A DNA stretch of 64,000 nucleotides, from positions 91,501 to 155,500 of the forward strand of contig JAQBRF010000004.1 of the NCBI GenBank assembly GCA_028286645.1, written 5' to 3'. Source of the stretch: Candidatus Nomurabacteria bacterium. Its GTDB lineage: Bacteria > Patescibacteriota > Minisyncoccia > Phycocordibacterales > UBA5272. How positions within the stretch are numbered: position 1 is the first letter of the stretch; each line of letters starts with the position of its first letter. The position numbers and the translations under genes are program-made. Below, piece after piece: positions 58,822 through 64,000 of this stretch. The notes below the pieces were generated by a model. That model was given only the letters and a program-made list of their open reading frames with translations, ran no database searches and was not told the DNA's origin.

Positions 58822-60231
58822 ATGCAAAGAACTCTGATAAAAAATATTTCTCCACTTGTTGGAAGTGAAGTTCTTGTACAAGGATGGATTGATGTAAGAA
58901 GAGACCAGGGGAAAATGGTCTTTTTAGATCTTAGGGATTACACAGGGAAAATCCAAGGAGTTGTTCTTCCAAATCATACAGAAGCGCTTGATGTCGCCCA
59001 GAAGCTTCGTACCGAATGGGTAGTGGAAGTAACCGCTCAAGTTAATGAGCGTCCCGAGAAAAATATAAAGGCAGATGTAGTAAATGGAGATGTAGAATTG
59101 GAAATTCTTTCCATACAGGTTTTAAACGAAGCAGAAACTCCTGCCTTTGATATTTCTACGGATGGATTAGAAGTGGGAGAGACCGTGCGCATGGAATATA
59201 AATATTTAGATCAGAGGCGCGCTCGCATACAAAGAAATATGCGTACTCGCCATAGGGTAATTAAATATATCCGAGATTATTTAGATAAAGAAAGTTTTAC
59301 AGAAGTAGAAACACCATTATTAACAAACCCGACTCCAGAAGGAGCTAGGAGTTATTTGGTTCCATCGAGAATTTATCCTGGAAGCTTTTACGCTCTTCCC
59401 CAATCTCCGCAGCAGTACAAACAATTGCTTATGGTAGGAGGTCTTGAAAAGTATTTCCAGATAGCAAGATGCATGAGAGATGAGGATACAAGAGGGGATC
59501 GCCAGCCAGAATTTACTCAGCTTGATATCGAAATGAGTTTCGCTACGAAAGAAGAAGTAAGAAGTTTAAATGAAAGTTTATTAATTGCGCTCATAAGTTC
59601 GCTCTTTCCAGAAAAAAGAATTCAAACAGTCCCATTCCCAGTTATTACATATAAAGAATCAATGGAAAAGTATGGGAATGACAGGCCGGACTTAAGAGAA
59701 GATAAAAATGATCCTAACCTACTTTCATTTGCTTGGATAGTAGATTTTCCTTTCTTTGAAAAAACAGGGGAAGAAAATTTAGATGGTACTGGCGAATGGA
59801 CGTTTACTCATAATCCATTTTCTAAAGCCCAGGATAAATATAAAGAGGATTTATTAAAGAAAGAGAATGTTGGAGAAATTATTGCTGAACAGTATGATAT
59901 TACATTAAACGGATTTGAGATTGGAGGAGGGTCTATCCGCGAACATAATGCAGACGCCTTAAGAAAAGTTTTTGAAATCATGGGATATAGTGACGAAAGG
60001 ATTGATGGAAACTTCGGACACATGTTAAAGGCTTTAAAGTCTGGATGTCCTCCGCACGGTGGTATTGCTTGGGGGTTAGACAGGCTTCTAATGATTCTTT
60101 TAAATGAGCCAAATATCCGTGAAGTAATTGCATTTCCTAAGACAGGCGAAGGGAAAGACCTACTTATGGAATCGCCGTCTCCAGCTCCAGAAAAAACTCT
60201 GAAGGAACTAAAAATTTCTATAAACAAGTAA
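58822..60231 (+). CDS. aspS: Aspartate--tRNA ligase (short, lacks most of the GAD insertion)
   Basis: ALPQSPQQYKQ, RDEDTRGDRQPEFTQ, GGGSIR, PPHGGIAWGLDR. Confidence 0.97.
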   Translation: MQRTLIKNISPLVGSEVLVQGWIDVRRDQGKMVFLDLRDYTGKIQGVVLPNHTEALDVAQKLRTEWVVEVTAQVNERPEKNIKADVVNGDVELEILSIQVLNEAETPAFDISTDGLEVGETVRMEYKYLDQRRARIQRNMRTRHRVIKYIRDYLDKESFTEVETPLLTNPTPEGARSYLVPSRIYPGSFYALPQSPQQYKQLLMVGGLEKYFQIARCMRDEDTRGDRQPEFTQLDIEMSFATKEEVRSLNESLLIALISSLFPEKRIQTVPFPVITYKESMEKYGNDRPDLREDKNDPNLLSFAWIVDFPFFEKTGEENLDGTGEWTFTHNPFSKAQDKYKEDLLKKENVGEIIAEQYDITLNGFEIGGGSIREHNADALRKVFEIMGYSDERIDGNFGHMLKALKSGCPPHGGIAWGLDRLLMILLNEPNIREVIAFPKTGEGKDLLMESPSPAPEKTLKELKISINK

Positions 60232-60311
60232 GTTGACTTTATATATAATTGTGATATAATAAAAAATAGACGGAACTTTTGTTTCGTCACTTTATAGGGA
60301 GACTAAAAATC

Positions 60312-60758
60312 ATGGCCACTTCGTCCGAAGGTCGCTTGGCTCGCTTCTGGCGCAACAACAGGAAGGCGGTGATATTCGCTCTCGCCCTTCTCCTCTGCGG
60401 TATCGTCGGTAACGGTGGTTACATCTGGGGTAAAAACGATCTCTCAACTGTGATCAAGCAGCGCGATCAGCTTTCGCGAGAAAATGGCAAGCTTCAACTC
60501 AGGGAACAGGAGCTCCGTATCGATCTCCACAATCTGACTCTCCTGAGACAGGAAGCGGAAGCTCATGCGGGGCGTGAAAGCATGGCTCGCGAGAAAGCCG
60601 AAGGTAACGCTGCAAACGCTCTTAGGCGTGCCAGGCTTGCTGAAAAGAATGCAAGTGCTGAGCAGATCGGCCAGCGAAATGCTGCCGAAGTCGCAAAAGC
60701 CGCCGCGAAAGAAGCTGCCCGCATCAAGCACGAAGCCGGGGCTCCGCCTAGGCGTTAA
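60312..60758 (+). CDS. Orphan membrane-anchored coiled-coil protein
   Basis: TM plus heptad region; TTGACT-16-TATAAT promoter, GGGAG SD; terminator at ~60781-60808. Confidence 0.7.
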   Translation: MATSSEGRLARFWRNNRKAVIFALALLLCGIVGNGGYIWGKNDLSTVIKQRDQLSRENGKLQLREQELRIDLHNLTLLRQEAEAHAGRESMAREKAEGNAANALRRARLAEKNASAEQIGQRNAAEVAKAAAKEAARIKHEAGAPPRR

Positions 60759-60866
60759 CAAGCGCAGTGGTCGCGCGAGACGGGGTAGCGATACCCCGTT
60801 TTTATTTTGCATAATAAGTAACCTTTTGCTGTCACAATTCGTCTAGAATATTGTTATACTTAATAT

Positions 60867-62102
60867 ATGAAGAAATATACTTTTTTGGGCATTTTTATAA
60901 TTTTATTAGGCGTAGGAGGTCTTACATTAGCGGCAACTACCACTAAAACACCCGTTAAGGCTCCGGCCAAGACTACTAAAACCGTAGTTAAAACTCCTGT
61001 GAAGAAAACTACAACCGTCGCTACGAAATTTGATTACGAAGCTTGGATTCCGTATTGGAGAAAAACTGAAGGTGCGGCAAATGCCACAGCGAACCTCGAT
61101 AAGCTTACTCAAATAAGTCCATTTAACTATGAACTTAAACTAGATGGCTCAAACATAATTGATGACGCGGGAGTTATAAATGAAGAGCCTTGGGTAAGCC
61201 TTATAGCTCAAGCCAAGAAAAAGGGAGTAAAAGTTTATCCTACAATATTAGCTTATCCTCATAATGATACAGAGAAAAATAATTTATACCTTCTTTTAGC
61301 ACAACGCGAAAGCAGGAATGCCCACATACAGGATATTATGGAAACAGTAACAATGAATAATTTTGACGGTATTGATATTGACTACGAAGCAAAGACTGCC
61401 GAAACGAGAGATTACTTTTCAGATTTTCTTACTAAGTTGGGAACGGAGCTACATAAGAAAAACAAGCAGCTTATTTGTACTATAGAAGCAAGAACTCCTC
61501 CAGAAAGTAAATTCGCAACTACTTCACCAGAAGTATTGCAGAAAATCGAATATTCAAATGATTACAAAGCGATAGGGGCTGCATGTGATCAGGTTCGTAT
61601 AATGATGTATGACCAGATGAATGATGACCAGGTATTGGTGAACGCAAACAGTGCGCAAGGAAATTTGTATATGCCCGTAGCTGACATTGAATGGATAAAG
61701 AAAGTGGCGACTCTTGCTCTCTGGGATATTCCTGCCAAAAAAATCATCATGGGAGTTCCGACATATGGATATAAATATGAAATAACTCCCGCTACAGCCA
61801 CTAATCGTGCGAAATATTCAAGAATAGGGTCTATGAACTGGAATTATGCAGATGAATTAGCCAAGTCTATTGGAGTAACTCCTATCAGAAATAGTGCCGG
61901 AGAATTAAGCTTTACATATGCTACTTCTACTGGGGTTAATGGCGAAGATTTAGGAGGAATAAAGCAATACTTAATTTGGTATTCAGACGCGCAAGCCATT
62001 GCGGATAAAATTAAAATAGCAAAGCTTTATGGATTAGGCGGAATCGCAATATTTAAAATCGATGGAGGATTTGATCCGAAGCTCTGGAGTGTACTTAAAT
62101 AA
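60867..62102 (+). CDS. Secreted GH18 glycoside hydrolase
   Basis: Signal peptide, T/K/P linker, FDGIDIDYE, IMMYD, GVPTYG. Confidence 0.9.
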   Translation: MKKYTFLGIFIILLGVGGLTLAATTTKTPVKAPAKTTKTVVKTPVKKTTTVATKFDYEAWIPYWRKTEGAANATANLDKLTQISPFNYELKLDGSNIIDDAGVINEEPWVSLIAQAKKKGVKVYPTILAYPHNDTEKNNLYLLLAQRESRNAHIQDIMETVTMNNFDGIDIDYEAKTAETRDYFSDFLTKLGTELHKKNKQLICTIEARTPPESKFATTSPEVLQKIEYSNDYKAIGAACDQVRIMMYDQMNDDQVLVNANSAQGNLYMPVADIEWIKKVATLALWDIPAKKIIMGVPTYGYKYEITPATATNRAKYSRIGSMNWNYADELAKSIGVTPIRNSAGELSFTYATSTGVNGEDLGGIKQYLIWYSDAQAIADKIKIAKLYGLGGIAIFKIDGGFDPKLWSVLK

Positions 62103-62318
62103 CTAGATAATAGACGTTAGATTTTAGATGTCAGATTAATAAAGAAGGATAGAATATAAAACGTAGGAAAATAAAAGTTTCTAGAGCACGCGAAGTTTAG
62201 TTTGGGAGTACATATATTTAAAATTAATTAGGGACTTGGTCCTGAGCTTCGGAGTGTACTTAAAAATTTAGAAATGAAGAATTCCCAGAGGCGCTATAAA
62301 ACAGCGCCTCTGGGAATT

Positions 62319-62747
62319 TTAGTACGATCGCTTGATCCTGTTGACCACCACCGTAATGTACGGCTCCCGTTCGTAATCAAGCATGAGAAGCGTCGAGAAG
62401 CCTTCACCCTGCTCTTCACAGCCCCATATGAGGTTCTTCGGAAAGACCTCTTCAATGAAGCAGTCTCCCACGAGTTGGTCAGCCTCTTCGGGGGTTCGGG
62501 CATATTTGACGACGTTCCGGATCATGCCATCTATCTCGGTAAAACTTAACCGCTCGAAGTGCCGCGGCTTGTAAACCGCATTCGTTCGTCCACCAGTAGT
62601 TACTTGTGCCCAGCCATGCCGAGCTAGGGCGGCGATTCGGACCCCTACCGAAAGGCACTCCCAGGTGATGTGAGTCGGAAGGGCGTCCGATTCTGTCGGC
62701 ATCAGGTCTGCCTGGGTTGCCAATACTATGTCGCCATGGATTTTCAT
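62319..62747 (-). CDS. Orphan hypothetical protein
   Basis: TTGACA-17-TATCCT promoter, AGGAG SD before ATG 62747 (MKIHGD). Confidence 0.6.
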   Translation of the reverse strand: MKIHGDIVLATQADLMPTESDALPTHITWECLSVGVRIAALARHGWAQVTTGGRTNAVYKPRHFERLSFTEIDGMIRNVVKYARTPEEADQLVGDCFIEEVFPKNLIWGCEEQGEGFSTLLMLDYEREPYITVVVNRIKRSY

Positions 62748-62880
62748 CGGTGTTCTCCTATCGGTGTCCAGAGGGTGTTCGTGTGTAGGATACAATGTAC
62801 TTGCTATATTGTCAAATATATACAATTTGATTATTATCTGGAGCGTACTAAAATAAAAAACCCGCGTGTAACATGCGGGC

Positions 62881-63114
62881 CTATCTACTACATTTGAATT
62901 GCTGGAACCCTTCAATCACCCGGACTCTTACATTTATCAGAAACTCGTGTTCTGGGTACTCGAATATCTGCAAGAGATAAAGCTGGGGGTTGAAATGGGC
63001 GGCTACTCTTCTCATCGCTTCGTCCTTGGTCTCAGCGCCTTTAATGAGTTTGATTATTTCTTCCCGAAGACGATCTCCCGATATTAGTCTAGGGTTAATC
63101 TTTTTTTCTGCCAT
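62881..63114 (-). CDS. Orphan small protein
   Basis: TTGACT-17-TACTCT promoter, GGAG SD, terminator at ~62853-62880. Confidence 0.6.
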   Translation of the reverse strand: MAEKKINPRLISGDRLREEIIKLIKGAETKDEAMRRVAAHFNPQLYLLQIFEYPEHEFLINVRVRVIEGFQQFKCSR

Positions 63115-63218
63115 TTCTAAAGCTCCAAAAAACTGTATATTTTTAGAGTATTTAAATTATTCTTTGTAGTCAAGCAGTTTCACTGGTATGCATTCTAGAC
63201 TCCCTATATACTATCCTT

Positions 63219-63938
63219 ATGGAATTTACTGTTAAACTTGATCGGTTTGAAGGACCGTATACTAAGTTACTTGAGCTATTAGAGCAAAAGAAATTATCAA
63301 TCACTGAAATTTCTCTTGTAACAATTGCTGATGATTATATTTCTTATATAAAGACATTGGATCAGAAAAATCTAGTAGATATTTCACAGTTTATAGTTGT
63401 GGCTTCAACGCTTATGCTGATGAAAGCAAAATCGCTTTTACCCGGAGTGGTATATACGGAAGAGGAAGAAAAGCAGGTTCATGATCTTGAAAGAAAGTTG
63501 GAGCTGTACGCCATCTTACAAGAGGCTGGCGGGTTAATTCGATCTACTTACATGAAAACCCCGCTTCACTCTCGAGATAGAATTGCTTACAAAGGTGGAT
63601 CTGTATTCGTCCCAGATATGCGTTTAAACCAAAATCTTCTTCATTCAATTGCAAACTTAACCTTAATGTCTTTCATTACACCAAAGGCATTGGTTAAAGT
63701 TGCGGTAGAGCAGGCACTACGGTTAGAAAATGTAATAGAGTCAATGTTAAACCGCGTGCGAGAAATGAAAGCAGTAACTCTTGAAAAGCTGACAGATGGA
63801 GCGAAAACAATTGAAGAAAGAAAGAAGCTTTTAATAGTTCATTTTATTGCATTGTTAGAATTGCTCCGAAGCGGAGAAATCCAGGCTGAGCAAAATACAA
63901 ACGGAGGAGATATACAGATAATTCATCAAAACGCATGA
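63219..63938 (+). CDS. scpA: Segregation and condensation protein A
   Basis: FEGP..LLELL, ISL..IADDY, LMKAKSLLP, FIALLEL. Confidence 0.93.
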   Translation: MEFTVKLDRFEGPYTKLLELLEQKKLSITEISLVTIADDYISYIKTLDQKNLVDISQFIVVASTLMLMKAKSLLPGVVYTEEEEKQVHDLERKLELYAILQEAGGLIRSTYMKTPLHSRDRIAYKGGSVFVPDMRLNQNLLHSIANLTLMSFITPKALVKVAVEQALRLENVIESMLNRVREMKAVTLEKLTDGAKTIEERKKLLIVHFIALLELLRSGEIQAEQNTNGGDIQIIHQNA

Positions 63939-63960
63939 TTCTCCATGTTAAACTAAGCAC

Positions 63961-64000
63961 ATGTTGCAGAAACTTGTTACCATTCTCTTCCTTTCAGGAG
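63961..64000 (+). CDS. scpB: Probable start of ScpB (cut by window edge)
   Basis: MLQKLVTILFLSG directly after scpA; TAAACT 7 nt upstream. Confidence 0.6.
   Translation, partial: MLQKLVTILFLSG

Noticed and set aside
1-64000. CRISPR arrays, tRNA/rRNA genes, reverse transcriptase/DGR, genetic code 25
   Set aside because: No repeat-spacer array, cloverleaf or RT motif seen by eye; TGA terminates genes normally (e.g. 30627, 47058, 63938)

Overview
AT-rich bacterial chromosome segment using genetic code 11. Gene content and compact proteins point to Patescibacteria/CPR, probably Parcubacteria (inference). The backbone is housekeeping, all on the + strand: frr, rseP, proS, mreB-mreC-mrdA, greA, lysS, mraZ-rsmH-ftsL-ftsI, ychF, alaS, infA-rpmJ-rpsM-rpsK-rpsD-rpoA-rplQ-rplM-rpsI, grpE-dnaK-dnaJ, trpS, aspS and scpA/scpB. 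Four features stand out. (1) A ~13.3 kb element (19335-32613) is integrated into the 5' end of ychF by a large serine recombinase whose attP lies inside its own gene; integration swaps the integrase C-terminus and gives ychF a replacement start and -10 box. The element carries a 10-gene array of small-molecule-modifying enzymes. (2) A low-GC cluster has a tRNA-dependent cyclodipeptide synthase, a divergent anticodon-less class II aaRS paralogue, and three PEP-utilizer proteins with one ATP-grasp and four phospho-His domains. (3) Two gene-expression grammars coexist: core genes look leaderless (-10 box 6-9 nt before ATG, no SD), whereas about 18 interspersed GC-richer orphan genes mostly have a TTGACN-16/17-TANNNT promoter, a Shine-Dalgarno and their own terminator. 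(4) Three ~121 bp hairpin elements share a conserved GTAC-N5/6-GTAC apex. No rRNA, tRNA or CRISPR array was seen. All calls come from motif recognition by eye, not database searches.
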